DNA of 64,000 bases from Scyliorhinus canicula (GCF_902713615.1 NC_052151.1:17285238-17349237); one strand, 5' to 3'. Positions 13,174-26,402 are shown, counted from the first letter of the stretch. Program-made: numbers and translations. The notes: generated by a model not told the origin, from the sequence alone.

Positions 13174-13520
13174 TCATAGAATTTACAGTGCAGAAGGAGG
13201 CCATTCAGCCCATCGAGTCTGCACCGGCTCTTGGAAAGAGCACCCTACCCAAGGTTAACACCTCCACCCTATCCCCATAACCCAGTAACCCCACCCAACA
13301 CTAATGGCAATTTTGGACACTAAGGGTAATTTTCATGGCCAATCCACCTAACCTGCACATCTTTGGACTGTGGGAGGAAACCGGAGCACTCAGAGGAAAC
13401 CCACGCACACACACGGAGGATGTGCAGACTCCGCACAGACAGTGACCCAAGCCGGAATTGAACCTGGGACCCTGGAGCTTTGAAGCCATTGTGCTATCCA
13501 CAATGTTACCGTGCTGCCCT
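13174..13520 (-). mobile_element. HE1-like SINE, full length, young
   Basis: Near-identical to 38998-39342; abuts an opposite-orientation SINE tail at 13117-13172. Confidence 0.9.
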
Positions 13521-13841
13521 ATGACTCTATTGACAGCTAAAAAATATTGAAACCTTTTGACAATGGCCCCGGCTTTAAACCGCAGAATCAAATGGATCAA
13601 TTTTCCAATAGTGGCATCACTAATCGACTGCAGGCAATCTTTTACCACAATGTTTTTTTCAGAACATCGTGGTGATTCTTCTCTCTCCCTCCCCCCCACC
13701 CTTTCGAAAATCAATTATTTTCTTTCAACTGGATTGATTTATTCGCATCGCCAATGTTGTGGTATGAGGTAAAGCGATGAGGCAGTGGAAAATCCCACGG
13801 CGATTAACAAAATAAGAACTTTATATGGGCACTTCCATTTA

Positions 13842-14182
13842 GGGGCAACACGGTAGCATGGTGGTTAGCATAAATGCTTCACAGCTCCAGGGTCCCAGGT
13901 TCGATTCCCGGCTGGGTCACTGTCTGTGCGGAGTCTGCATGTCCTCCCCGTGTGTGCGTGGGTTTCCTCCGGTTTCCTCCCACAGTCCAAAGATGTGCGG
14001 GTTAGGTGATTGGCCATGCTAAATTGCCCGTAGTGTCTTAAAAAGTAAGGTTGGGAGGGGGGGGGGGGGTTGTTGGGTTACGGGTATAGGGTGGATACGT
14101 GGGTTTGAGTAGGGTGATCATGGCTCGGCACAACATTGAGGGCCGAAGGGCCTGTTCTGTGCTGTACTGTTCTATGTTCTAT
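13842..14182 (+). mobile_element. HE1-like SINE, full length
   Basis: Last ~60 nt almost identical to the HER1 3' end at 62755-62815. Confidence 0.9.
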
Positions 14183-14506
14183 ATTGCAGAACGGGCATTG
14201 CAGAACAGCAACACAGGTCTAGTTCCCTCGACTCCAAGGCTTACTCTGATGATACCCTGCTACCCAGGTCCATACTCTGGCACCCCGTTATAGGCTAAGG
14301 CTCACGTGCTCCATCCCTCCTGGCTCACAAAGAATACCCCCTTAAAGGGGCCATGCTATCACAATAGTGTCCAGCATTAGATGTGATTCTGCAACTGGAC
14401 AACACTTACTGAACAACCCTGAGTGCTAATAATGCCATTAACAACCAATTTAAGAGCACCAGTCGGGCTCAAAATATGGCTCACTCATGTTTGCTGGAGC
14501 CTACAT

Positions 14507-14693
14507 ATAGAACAGTACAGCACAGAACAGGCCCTTCGGCCCTCGATGTTGTGCCGAGCAATGATCACCCTACTCAAACCCACGTATCCACCCTATACCC
14601 ATAACCCAACAACCCTCCCCCCTTAACCTTACTTTTAAGGACACTACGGGCAATTTAGCATGGCCAATCCACCTAACCCGCACATCTTTGGAC
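14507..14693 (-). mobile_element. HE1-like SINE 3' half
   Basis: Reverse complement of ~13985-14182. Confidence 0.85.
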
Positions 14694-15248
14694 ATATGTT
14701 GTTATGCAAAGCCCTGACCTCTGAAAACATAATCACAGAACTGTTACAGTGCAGGAAGAGGCTATTCGGCCCACCACGTCTGCATCAGAAATAATATGTG
14801 CAGCTTCTGTGCCTTTTTCAATTAAATAAAAACATGGAAAACAATTATTTCCTGGTACATTCCCCCGGCGGCACTCCAGCCAGGGATGAATTGCTTTTTT
14901 TGAATTTAAATAAAAGCTTGGAGAAAATGTATTCCATGGTGTATTCTCCATGGCAACATCTCAACCAGAATACACTTTCCAATCAATCAGCACCCTATTC
15001 TCATGCAGGTTAAATATTTGCTCCATTTGAAATTTGATATTCTTGTTTCTGTCCAAACAAGTGCAAGACATTAAGCTTTGAGAACATATCTTGTTGCGGC
15101 AATAACTGGAAACACTAGATGTAGATTTGTTCATCCGATTTTAACACTTGAAGCATCCCTTGCATTCATTCAACTGTCGTCCCATCATTGATGGGGTCTT
15201 CAGCTGTTCAAAACCCCCAACAACTCTCAGTTCCCCCAATTTATTTTA

Positions 15249-15449
15249 GAAAGTCTTACAACACCAGGTTAAAGCCTGGCAGGTTTGTTTCGAATCACTA
15301 ACTTTCGGAGCACAGGTCCTTCCTTTACCTGAGGAAGGAGCAGTGCTCCGAAAGCTAGTGATTCTAAACAAACCTGTTGGACTTTAACCAGGTGTTGTAA
15401 GACTTCTTACTGTGCTCACCCCAGTCCAACGCCGGCATCTAAACATCAT
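15249..15449 (+). mobile_element. Palindromic non-autonomous Penelope-derived element
   Basis: Inverted repeat 15251-15405 plus ~44-nt tail; 10-bp TSD ATTTATTTTA (15239-15248 / 15450-15459); same family as 29507-29702. Confidence 0.8.
15324..15362 (+). ncRNA. Minimal type I hammerhead ribozyme motif
   Basis: ttac-CUGAGGA-A-GGAGC(AGU)GCUCC-GAAA-GCU-A-guga; predicted cleavage after CUA at 15357. Confidence 0.7.
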
Positions 15450-15622
15450 ATTTATTTTAAGACCATCCTTAAAAATTACCACGGGATTACTTTTTCGCCA
15501 TCTAATATTTTTTATCCCTGCAGAAGTGTTTTTAAAAAAAAATGTTAGGCTCTGCAAGAATGCTGGCTGCAGCAACATAGAGTACCTAATATACTGGTGA
15601 GGCCATACCATTCAATTATTAC

Positions 15623-15634
15623 CTTGGTGTTTTC
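15623..15634 (-). CDS. Candidate 12-nt microexon GAAAACACCAAG
   Basis: Minus strand ACTAAC branch point ~28 nt upstream, TGC motifs, tttatattgcAG|exon|GTaata; frame-preserving. Confidence 0.55.
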
Positions 15635-15984
15635 CTGCAATATAAATGGAGTTTAATGCAAGTTAGTTGGAACTTAACCTGCACGGTGCTTCTGATTTAA
15701 TAGGAGATTGTATTTACTGAGCTACTTCTCAGAAAATCAGTGTCTGAGGAAGGTTAAACAGCAAATCCTTTTAATTGAAGTTTAAAAGCATGGACTTTAC
15801 CCTCAGAATCATAGAATGGTTACAGCATAGTGGGCCATTTGGTTGGTCGTGTCTGCACCAGCTCTCCATTGGAACAATTTTTCTACTGCCACTTCCCCGC
15901 CTTCACCCCATAAATCCTACATGTTCTTCCTTTCCAGATAACAATCCAATTTCCTCTTCAACACCTTGACTGAGTCTGCCTCCA

Positions 15985-16290
15985 CCCAGCTTACTCACTC
16001 TTCCAACTTCTTCCATCGGGCAGGAGATACAGAAGTCTGAGAACACGCACAAACAGATTCAAAAACAGCTTCTTCCCCGCTGTTACCAGACTCCTAAACG
16101 ACCCTCTTATGGACTGATGTAATCTCTTCACACGTCTTCACCCAATGCCTGTATCTATGCATTGACATTGTGTATTTTATGTTTGCCCTATTATGTATTT
16201 TATTTTCATGTATGGAATGATCTGTTTGGGCTACATGCAGAACAATACTTTTCACTATACCTCAGTACATGTGAAAATAAACCAATCCAA
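15985..16290 (+). mobile_element. Rex1/Babar-clade LINE 3' end
   Basis: LFQLLPSGRRYRSLRTRTNRFKNSFFPAVTRLLN plus a 3' UTR shared with 38755-39495. Confidence 0.8.
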
Positions 16291-16575
16291 CCACACTCAA
16301 AAGCAGTGCATTCCAGATCCTAACCACTTGTCATGTGAAAATGTTTTTCTTCATGTCACCATTGCTTCTTTTGTCAATGACTTTAAAGTTGTGTCCTTTA
16401 GCACTCTACTCTCTAACCAATGGGAACAGTTTCTCCCGGAACTACTCTGTCCGGACATATTATTTTGAATAACTCCGTCAAATCCCCCCGCAGCTTTCTG
16501 TTCTCCAAGGAAAGCAGTCCCAAATTCTCCAATCTATCTTTGGAACTGAAGCTCCTCATCCTTGGAACTATTTCC

Positions 16576-17090
16576 ATAGAATTCCTACAGTGTAGAAGGA
16601 GGCCATTTGGCCCACTGAGTAGGCACTGACCCAGGCGGCAAGGTGGTGCAGGTTAGCACTACTGCCTCACAGCACTGAGGACCCAGGTTAGATCCCAGCC
16701 CCAGGTCACTGCCCTTGTGGAGTTTGCACAGATGTGCAGGGTCGGTGAATTGGCCACGCTAAATTGCCCCTTAATTGGAAAAGAAGAATTGGGAACTCTC
16801 AATTTTAATAAAAAGTATGTCCTGACCCTCTGAAAGAGCACCCTACTGGGTCCACTAACCCACTCTATCCCTGTAACTCCACCGAACCTGCACATCTTTG
16901 GATACTAAGGGGCAATTTTGGCATTGTCAATCCACCCAACACGTACATCTTATGGGACTGTGGAGGAAACTAGAGCACTGGAGGAAAACCATGCAGACAC
17001 AGGGAAAAAGTGTAAACTCCACACAGTCACCCAAGGGCGGAATTGAACCTGGGCACGTGGTACTGTGAGGCAGCAGTGCTAACCACTGCC
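16576..17090 (-). mobile_element. HE1-like SINE with a second SINE (16632-16815, +) nested inside
   Basis: Tail at 16576-16631 resumes at CTGACCCTCTGAAAGAGCAC after a plus-strand short SINE. Confidence 0.75.
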
Positions 17091-17376
17091 AATTCTGTGC
17101 CAATTCACACTCTAAAGCCTTCACATCGTTCCTCAAACATGGTACCCAGATGTGGGCACAGTACTCCAGCTGAGCCCAAATCAATACAAGTTTAACATAA
17201 CCACCTCAGCCCTTTCCATCTCTTTATAGGTTCTGCTTCGTCCTGCACTTGAGTATGTCAACAGATAGCCTGCTCAGGACTAACCACTAATTCTGGTCAA
17301 AGTCTAGGGGTTGGGAAAGTGCAAGGCAAAATGAGACAAGACTAACAGCATGATAATCTAGCAACATAGTAATAAA

Positions 17377-17548
17377 GGGGCTAGTTTAGCACAGTGGGCT
17401 AAACAGCTGGCTTGCAATGCAGAACAATGCCAGCAGCGCAGGTTCAATTCCAGTACCGGCCTCCCCGAACAGATGCTGGAATGTGGAGACTAGGGGCTTT
17501 TCACAGTAACTTCATTGAAGTCTACTTGTGACAATAAGTGATTATTAT
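17377..17548 (+). mobile_element. SINE family C
   Basis: GGGGCTAGTTTAGCACAGTGGGCTAAAC head, GGTTCAATTCC, family C tail. Confidence 0.85.
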
Positions 17549-18079
17549 AAATCCTGATGCTGTCCTATTCACTTCACTGACAGAGGGCAAACGAAACATT
17601 TCACCTCATGCCAGAGATCAAATGCAGTCCAGGATGAACAAATACAATCTTCTGCTCTTTCAAACAAATTTTACATGCGATTCTACTAGCTAATATGCTT
17701 GGTTCAGGTGCAATCATAAGATAAACTCTCCATAATTCAGCACTAAACGGTCAGCAGCATTCAGGTTTGCCGAAACTTTACCAAAAACACATTGAAGTAA
17801 GGTGGTTTTGCATCTCCGTTCCAAATAAAAAAAGCTGTGGTACTACAAGTCCTACTGTCATAATGAAAACTGAAGAACTATTGTCAACTAAAATGCCAAA
17901 TGGATCTGTATTAAGTGAGCACAGGCAATGGAAAACAAGTCCCAGTTTCCTTTGTAAGGCTCTTGGTCATTCTGAAAGGGTCTCCACACAAAATAGCAAC
18001 CAATATTTTCTCTTTCAGATGCCAACCTAGTGAACACTTCTAATATCATCTGCTTTCTGCTAAAGTTTATTAGATTTGA

Positions 18080-19431
18080 TGTTAAAGCCAACTAATCAAA
18101 TTGGAAAACAAAGGTAGTTTTAAGGGATTTATATTTGTATTGGTAAACATGAGAAATAAGGTATAGTTTTAAGTGGGTTTAATTGGAAGGGTAAAAGCTA
18201 TAGTTAGACAAAGGTGTTTGTATACATGGAGGCTGGTTAAGTTCCAACTGCGATACTTTTGTGCTGCAAGGGTTACAATATGAAAAATAAATAGAAGGCA
18301 ACTACAGGCCCTTGAAAGGTTTAAAAAAAACTTTTACATTTTAGTTGTATATTTTGCAGTTGGAGACAGGAAATTGGGGACTGAACATCTTACAACACTG
18401 CCAGGAGAAGCTGGACAGACAAGAGAGTTGCAAAGATGCAGGTTTCCTAATGAACAAGATACAGTCCAGATAACTAGGGAATTGGAACAGAATGAACGTC
18501 TAAGTCAACTGGAGTTATGAGAACAGAGACCAAAGTATTGTTCAGAAGAATTCAAGGAAGAGTAAACAAAGTGTGCTGAGTTAAAGAGACAATTGCAGTA
18601 ACCATATTTTAAAATGGGACAGCAAACTTCAGGAGGTAGATAAAACGTATGATGCCATTTTAAGGGTCAGGGTATCGAGAGTTAAAGCAATTGTGAACAG
18701 TTTGTACAGCAGTCAAGTCAAAGAAATCCTACAGGGGGTGTAAATCCTGGACTGGATTCACTGTTAAAAGTGGAGCAGAAACTCTGGTTAAAAGAATGAT
18801 TTGGAAAACTTGGATTGGATCTTGGAATGCAAACTGCTAAGGGACAGCATTATTGAGAAAATAATTTGAAACCATGATTTTGGGAGAGGAGTTTTGAAAT
18901 TCTCATGTGACAATTATCTGGAGGGATTCAGATGAGAAATCCACAGACACTAACTTGGGTTCAGAGTGGAGTGAGTATTTGGCCACAGCCAATCTGTGTG
19001 CTTTAAGGGGACTGTGTGTTAATGAGACTATTACAGCCTAAGATGTACATTGCAATGATTGTTCCACAATTAATAAGGGGTTCGGGGTTATGGGGAGAAG
19101 GCAGGAGAATGCGGATGAGAAAATATCAGCCATGATTGAATGGCGGAGCAGACTCGATGGGCCGAATGGCCTAATTCTGCTCCTATGGTTTTATGGTAAT
19201 CAGTGTTAATCTTAAAATCTGTGTCTTGATAAGCTAAGGGGGGAGTATTGTATAATAATCCAACTTTTCATTTTTAATAAATGCTTTTATTCTTATTGTC
19301 AAAACTAATTAGAGGCCCTGTGAATTTGTTTTTCCACGTTTTATAAGAAAAGTAAAAGTTACAGCCTTTTGAGCCAGGGCTTAATTCTGAGATCTTCCTG
19401 TCCAGTTATAACATCAACTGGGATTGTAACA
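18080..19431 (+). mobile_element. Possible solo LTR containing a HER1 tail fragment (~19070-19197)
   Basis: TGTTA...TAACA terminal inverted ends and AATAAA near 19276; no clean TSD. Confidence 0.4.
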
Positions 19432-19820
19432 GAGATAAAATCATCTAAAATGAAAGGATACCTGGATTAATAATTTGTTAAGGCAAGCTGGAGAGTCAAG
19501 GACAAGATCAATGCACAGGACCAATAAATTATTTAAATTGTCAACACCAAGCAACGAAAATTCAAATCGAAGCAATTAGCATACTCAACTAAAAAGAAAT
19601 CTGTATGTACTTAAATCGATTGAGCACAGATGGTTTCATTGAACCAGTAACTCAATTCCTGCTGTACAATGGCTACTTTCAGGCTTTGGGAACAATGCTT
19701 TAGGCCTATCAGCTGACTGCAGAATTATACTAAAATCTTCCCTCCCCCACTACAGTGCACTGAATGTATCATGTACAATTCAGCACTTAAGCCACAAGAT
19801 TGACTCAGCAGTGGGCAGCA

Positions 19821-19860
19821 GGATCAGACATTGGACACCAGGATCAGACACTGGACACCA
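19821..19860. repeat. Tandem duplication of a 20-bp unit
   Basis: GGATCAGACAYTGGACACCA x2. Confidence 0.9.
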
Positions 19861-20194
19861 TAAGTATTTGCTGGATGACTGTCACATGCAAAATGCTGCC
19901 AAACAAAAATAGTGGGTGGGTTATGTTCCAGGTAAATTTAAAACCCTTGACTCGAAGAACACAGGAACAGGAGGACACCTTGCCCCTCAAGCCTCTTCTG
20001 CCATTCAATGATATCATGGTTGACCCAGGGCTTAATTCCATTTCCAGTCCTTGCCCGATATCCCTCAACCTTATGTTTAAAACTAACAATGGACCCAGCA
20101 TCAAATTTCAATGGGGGGGGGGGGGGGGGGGGGGGGGGGGAAAGAGAGAGAGAGAGAGAGTACTCTGAAAGAAGCAAAACCTCATTTAAAATTA

Positions 20195-20330
20195 AAGCAG
20201 ATCAAGGCAGGCCAGCAGCACGGTTCAATTCCTGTATCAGCCTCCCCGAACAGGCACCGGATTGTGGCAACTCGGGGCTTTTCACAGGAACTTCATTTGA
20301 AGCCTACTTGTGACAATAAACAATTTTCAC
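20195..20330 (+). mobile_element. SINE family C, 5' truncated
   Basis: AAGCAGGCCAGCAGCACGGTTCAATTCC...GAAGCCTACTTGTGACAATAA. Confidence 0.8.
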
Positions 20331-21067
20331 TCATCAGTTACTACTGCCTCATGTACTTAGACATAACTCTAACACCTCCAAGTAAGTGTTAACTCAGCGT
20401 TTTGCTGAGGGTCCAATCTCAAATGAAATCCGAGGACCATTTTCAGAAGTTATGCATCAATGTTTCTCACCTCTACATAATAGGCTCACAATTTCCAGTT
20501 TGCAAAAGGGTGGCATTTCCCCCATAATTGCAATGGGGTGGGGGTAAGCAAGCAACTTTAAAAGGAGCATTTTTACAGGCTTGGATTGAAATCCCTCCCT
20601 TCCAGTCCCACTGCAACACTCCTAGCTGGAGTAGTTTCACAGGCAGCAGGATCAGATCTTCACAGTTGTATGTAATCCATATGACCATCATTCAGGTGTG
20701 GACTTTTGCTGTATGCAAAGGGTGCCAACACAGCCAAGTCCAACCTTGCTCCCAGCAAAAATAATTGTCCTCTGTTTCCCATTTCTGTTTGGGAATCTGA
20801 TTCTGCACACTTGCACATCAATTTCTGACCTCAGATAATTAGAAAGTTGGGAAGATGCTCCCATTACATACAAAGTTAGATCTTCAGGCAAAGTAGAGCA
20901 GGGAGAAAAGAGAAGTAGTGAGTAACAAATAACAGGAACAGCAGTGAACTAGGTAGGTCAGGCAGAGACAAGAGTGTCTCCAAATTTGGGAGGGGAGGGA
21001 GGAGAATGTTTGATAGTATGAGGCGCAAGTCACTGAGAAAAACGTGAGAATGAACATCCTTTTTAAT

Positions 21068-21720
21068 AGTCTTCTTCTTGGGCAGTCGCTCAGGGTCGAG
21101 GATGAATTGCTTCCAGGTCAGGGGAGGTGGGTTCTGCGGTGGTGGAAAGTCCGATCCTGGATCCACACACTACCACATGTTTGGCAGGTGGTCTTTGATA
21201 AGGTGGGTGTGACGCTCTGGATTCTGCACTCTCTTTCTGCTGTTTACACTTGGCCTCCGCGCGCTCCACCCACGATGCTCAAGGTGTTTGGCACCTTCGC
21301 GGATGCTTTCTCTCCAGCTTGTGCGTTCTAAGGTAAGCGATTTCCACTTGCCGATGGGGATGCTGCATTTATTTAGGAAGGCTTTCAGAGTGTCCTTGTA
21401 GCTTTTCCTATGCCCACATAGTGATCATTTGCCTTGGAGGAGCTCAGAGTAAGGCACTTGTTTGGGGAATCTTGTGTCGAGCATGCGGGCAATGTGGCTC
21501 ACCCATCGTATGGTCAAGCATGACCAGTGCCTCAATACTGGGGATATTGGCCTGGGAGAGGACACTCACGTTGGTACACCTATCCTGCAACAAGATTTGC
21601 AGGATCCGCAGAGGTAACATTGGTGATATTCCTCCAAGGATTTGAAATGTCTGCTGTACATGGTCCATATTTCTGATGCACATAGGAGGGCGGGGACCAC
21701 GGCTGCTCTGTGGAAAACAT
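21068..21720 (-). mobile_element. RTE LINE 3' fragment
   Basis: RAAVVPALLCASEIWTMYSRHFKSLEEYHQCYL; DRCTNVSVLSQANIPSIEAL; KSYKDTLKA; ends in a GAA repeat. Confidence 0.85.
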
Positions 21721-22714
21721 GGGAATGACTGGTTAACTCATGCCAGAATTCAAAGCTTTGGTGGAATAGCAAAACTGAAAGGTTTCATACTGAATTGTGC
21801 TAGATACGTAAGTAAATATACTTCTATTATACACAAGGTATTTCTACTAAAATGATTGCATGTTGCTAAAATAGTGTTCCTGTTGCCAAACCTGTGACTA
21901 GTTAGCAAATTCTATTCGTCAACACTGGTCTTCGAACTGCAAAATGTCATTTTATAGCAGCTTTAAATTAGCAGCTTCCTTCTTTATATTACTGGTAATG
22001 AAAATCTTGTGTCTCATCTCATGAGCAGAAATATAATTATGTTTAAAGACCAAATCCAAATCTCTGAGCAGTATATGCATCTGTTGCACCCAGTGACGCA
22101 GCAAAATCTAGGTTTCACTGGTTTAAAAGAAATTTAAATTTAAACCCTATAAATTAAAAATGCTAGGATGCAGGCTCCAACAAATAAAACATAACTCAAG
22201 AATCCACAAACAGCAAATGACAAATTCACTCAGATTTCAATTTGTGGTTTACATTGTTTAAGGGAGAGATGGTCAGGAACGTAGAGAACTACTTCTTGCT
22301 CTTCAAAATAGTGCTTTTGCATTACCAATCTCGACTATTGCTAGTCTAACAGTTGACTGTTCAAAGTTTTCTGGAGCAATTCATTAATAAATAAGTTAAA
22401 ATAATCAACTAAAAATTAAGCTTTTAAGGATGAACTATTTTTTGAATCCAAGTACAAAATATCTGGTCTGGAACATATCTCACTGTTTACTTAACACAAA
22501 ATAAATGCAAGTGCCCTCTCTGTAGTCGACTTTTCAACGAGAACCCGTAAAAGACCAACTCCACAGTACATATTTAAAATAGAATAGCATCAGAATAGAA
22601 ATTAAATTTTATCCCAAACAATTTCAATATCTCTGGTCGATTTCTGTTCCTCCTTCCCTTTTCAGTCTATGTTGTGGTTTAATTCAAAGTAGAAAAGAAT
22701 TCATTGAAAAGCCG

Positions 22715-23055
22715 AATAGTGCAAAGGGTCCGGGTTCAATTCCGGCCTTGGGTGACTGTGTGGAGATGGCACTTCCTCCCCGTATCTACGTGGGTTTCCT
22801 CTGGGTGCTCCGGTTTCCTCTCAGTCCCAAAGATGTGCAGTTTAGGTGGAATGATCATGATAAAATTGCCCCCTGGTGCCCAGGGATGTACAAGTTAGGT
22901 GGGGTTACGAGGATAGGGTGGGGGATTGGGTCTGGGCGGGGTGCTATTTCAGAGGGTCGATGCAAACTCTGCGGGCCTGGGCGGGGTGGTTTTTCAGAGG
23001 GCCGTGCAGACTCAATAGGCCGAATGGTCTGCTTCTGCACTGCAGAAATTCTACA
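22715..23055 (+). mobile_element. HE1-like SINE with internal ~45-bp duplication
   Basis: V-core; CTGGGCGGGGTG...TTTCAGAGGG occurs twice. Confidence 0.8.
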
Positions 23056-23239
23056 GTTCTGTTTACCAATTAACGTTTGACTCACTAAATGAAGTGTTCT
23101 CCATTGCATAATATATTAATTCCTACAGATACAAAAGACTTGTCTTGGAAAGCAAGACAGACAGCAATGACTCACTCAAATGGTAATACTCCCCTTGGCT
23201 TTAGTTTCCATGGCAGCTTTTTTTACATCACACAATAAC

Positions 23240-25700
23240 AGAAAATATAATGCAGAAGAGGCCCTTTGGCCCATCGAGTCTGCACTGACACATGAAAAAC
23301 ACTTGACCTACATACCAAATTCCATTTGCTAGCACTTTGCCTATCGGCTTTAATGTTATGACGTGCCAGGTGCTCATCAGGTACATGTTGGTAACTTCGA
23401 CATGATCTCCCCGCTTTTGTAATCTATGTCTCCATTGATAAAGGCATATGCCTTTTTCACCACCCTATTAACTTCCCTCCTGGCTTCAGAAATCGACAGA
23501 CAAACACGTCAAGGTCCCTTTGTTCCTCGGAACAACCCAGTATCATGCCGCTCTTTGAAAACATTTTTGCCACATTTCTCCTTCCAAAGTACAATAATCA
23601 CCTCTCACTTTTCAAGGTCAAATTCCACGTGCCACTTATCTCATTTGACCATCTCATCTATATCTTCCTGCAATCCAAGACACTCAACCTCTCCCGGCCA
23701 ATATTTGTGTCATCCGCAAACTTACTGATCCTACCCCCCATATCGTATCTATATCGCTTATATAAATGACAAGCAATGGGGACCAGCACAGATCCCTGTG
23801 GTACGCCACTGGACATTGGCTTCCAGTCACCAAAGCAGCTATCTGTCATCACATTCTGTCTCCTACAGCTAAGCAATTTTTTAATCCACCATATCAAATT
23901 ACCCTGTATCCCATGTGCATTTGCCTTATTCATAAGTCTCCCATGTGGGACCTTGCCAAAGCTTTTGCTGAAATCTATGTAAAATTCATCAACTGCACTA
24001 CCCTCATCTGTACAACTGGTCACCTCCTCAAAAATTGAAAATTGAAAATCGCTTATTGTCACAAGTAGGCTTCAAATGAAGTTACTGTGGAAAGCCCCTA
24101 GTCGCCACATTCCGGCGCCTGTTCGGGGAGGCTGGTACGGGAATTGAACCGTGCTGCTGGCCTGCCTTGGTCTGCTTTCAAAGTCAGCGATTTAGCCCTG
24201 TGCTAAACAGCCCCTTCAAGAAATTCAAGCAAATTCAAGAACAATGCACAGGAACAGGCCCTTCGGTCCTCCAAACCTGTACCAGTCATGATACCACCTT
24301 TGGCCAAAACCCTCAGCACTTCCTAGTGCCGTATCTTCTATGCCCATCGTATCCATGTGTTTGTTAAGATGCCTTTTGAACACCGTTAATATATCTGCTT
24401 CCACAACCTCCCCCGGCAGCGCATTCCAGGCACTCACCACCCTGTGTGTAAAAAAAAACCTGCCTCATACATCTCCTCTAAACTTGCCCCGCAGACCTTA
24501 AACCTATGCCCCCTGGTGACTGACCCCTCCACCCTGGGAAACAGTGCCTCCCCATCCACTCTATCCATGCCCCTCAATCTTGTAGACCTGTATCGGGTCA
24601 CTCCTCAACCTCTGTCATTCTAATGAAAACAGTCAGAGTCTATTCAGCCTGTCCGCATAGCTAGACCCTCCAAACCAGGCAACATCCTGGTAAACCTCCT
24701 CTGTAGGATGACCTCCCTCTGACAAAGTTATGTTGCCTATTCCTGATCAAAATTTAGATTCTCTCCTTCAGAATTTTCTCCAATAGTTTCCCTACCACTG
24801 ATGCGAGACTCACTGGTGTGTAGTTCCCTGGCTTATCTGTACAACCCTTCTTAAATTGTGGAACCACATTAGCTGTTCTTCAGTCCTCTGCCACCTTTCC
24901 CGTGGCCAAAGAATAATTTAAAATTTGGATCAGAGCCCCTGCAATCTCCTTCCTTGCTGCTCACAACAGCCTGGGACACAATTCATCCGGACCTGCCGGT
25001 TTGTCCACTTTTAAGCTTGCCAATACCTCCAATACCTTGTCCCTCCCTCTGTCAATTTGCTCAAGAACCTCACAGTCTCTCTCCCAGATTTCTACATCTA
25101 CCTCCTCATTCTCTTGGGTGAAGACAGATGTGAAGTATTCGTTCAACACCCTGCGAATGTCCTCTGGCTCCACCCGTAATTTGCCCCCTTGCCTATTCTT
25201 TCCCCTGGTTGTCCTCTTCCCATTGATATACTTATAGATTATCTTGGGATTTCCCGTACTTTTATCAGCCAGAGCTTTCTCGTATCCTCTCATTGCTCCG
25301 ATAATTATTTCCTTAAACTCCATCCTGCACTTTCTGTACTCCATCAAAGCCTCCGTTGATTGGCTCCCCTTGTACTTGCTAATAGCCTCTCTTTTCCTTC
25401 TCATTGTATCCTGAATATCTCTGGTCATCCATGGTTCTCTGGGCTTGTTACACCTTCCCATCACCCTAGATGGAATATGTTGGGCCTGTACCCTCCACAT
25501 TTCCTTTTTGAATGCCCCCCACTCCAACCGCCACTGTTCTTTTGTAGACTTCCCTATAAGTAACTCTTCCCAGTCTTCCTCATTTTATTAAAATCCACTC
25601 TCCCCCAATCCAAAACCGTTTTTTGCAACTTGTTGATTTCTTTATGTATAACAAATTTAAATTGCACCACATTGTGGTTACTATCACTAAAATGCTCCCT
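23240..25700 (-). mobile_element. CR1/HER1 LINE ORF2 remnant with nested SINE C (24032-24213) and HER1 3' piece (24236-24705)
   Basis: DFSKSFGKVPHGRL, SGVPQGSVL, ISKFADDT, AGPDELCPRLL, EPWMTRDI. Confidence 0.85.
24032..24213 (-). mobile_element. SINE family C, full length
   Basis: Near-identical to 60742-60925. Confidence 0.9.
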
Positions 25701-26369
25701 CTCCAAAAACCTCAACTGAAGAAACAGGAATTCACCCAGTTGAAACATTTCAAACTCACCAATATATAAGCAGACAGAATCACAGCACAGAAGGAAGCCA
25801 CCCTGCCCACCATGTGACTGTCGCTCTTAAAGAGCTAGCTACTTAGTTCCATTTCCCTGCTCTTCTCTCAATTTCCCAATATTTTCAACTTGAAATATTT
25901 AGTCACTTCCCTTTTGAAAGACATAACATTCTGCAAAATCCCCCTTGCTGTTTTGACAATGGTACTTAATTTAAGTCCTTTAGTTTATAATTCAGCAACG
26001 AGCAGAAATAAATTTTCCCTTATTACTGCCTCAAAACTATCAATTTTGTATAGTATTGCTTATTTCTCCTGGTTCTAATGAAAAGAGCCCAAGGTTTTTT
26101 AGTCACTCACTGTTGGTTTCAATACACGAAATACCAGTACACAGGCTGAGTCACACTGACTTTCTTGATCATTCAAATTGTTGAATTAGTAATGTGTACA
26201 ACCATTGTAAATTGCAGAGATACATAATTACAACATCACCAAATTGGCAAGATAAAAATAGGTACATTTTACATTGACGATGAAAGCTTAATTTTGCGCA
26301 GTTACATTTGCAAAATGCTGCACTTGATTTAATTACTCATTCGACCATCGTCTTTGCAGGGAGGTTTTC

Positions 26370-26402
26370 TAGTGCTGTTGGGGAGTGTTTAAACTAATTT
26401 GG

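Larger units (their letters stand above)
15805..17200 (-). mobile_element. Old CR1 3' region broken by Rex1 and SINE insertions
   Basis: AQLEYCAHIWVPCLRNDVKALE at 17100-17184; tail at 15805-15985. Confidence 0.6.

Noticed and set aside
15251-15405. MITE/DNA transposon or pre-miRNA interpretation of the palindrome
   Set aside because: An asymmetric shared tail lies inside the TSDs, arm lengths and TSD sizes vary, and hammerhead cores are present, which fits a Penelope-derived retroelement better.
17377-17460. tRNA genes at SINE heads
   Set aside because: A/B boxes run into SINE bodies and no complete cloverleaf can be supported.
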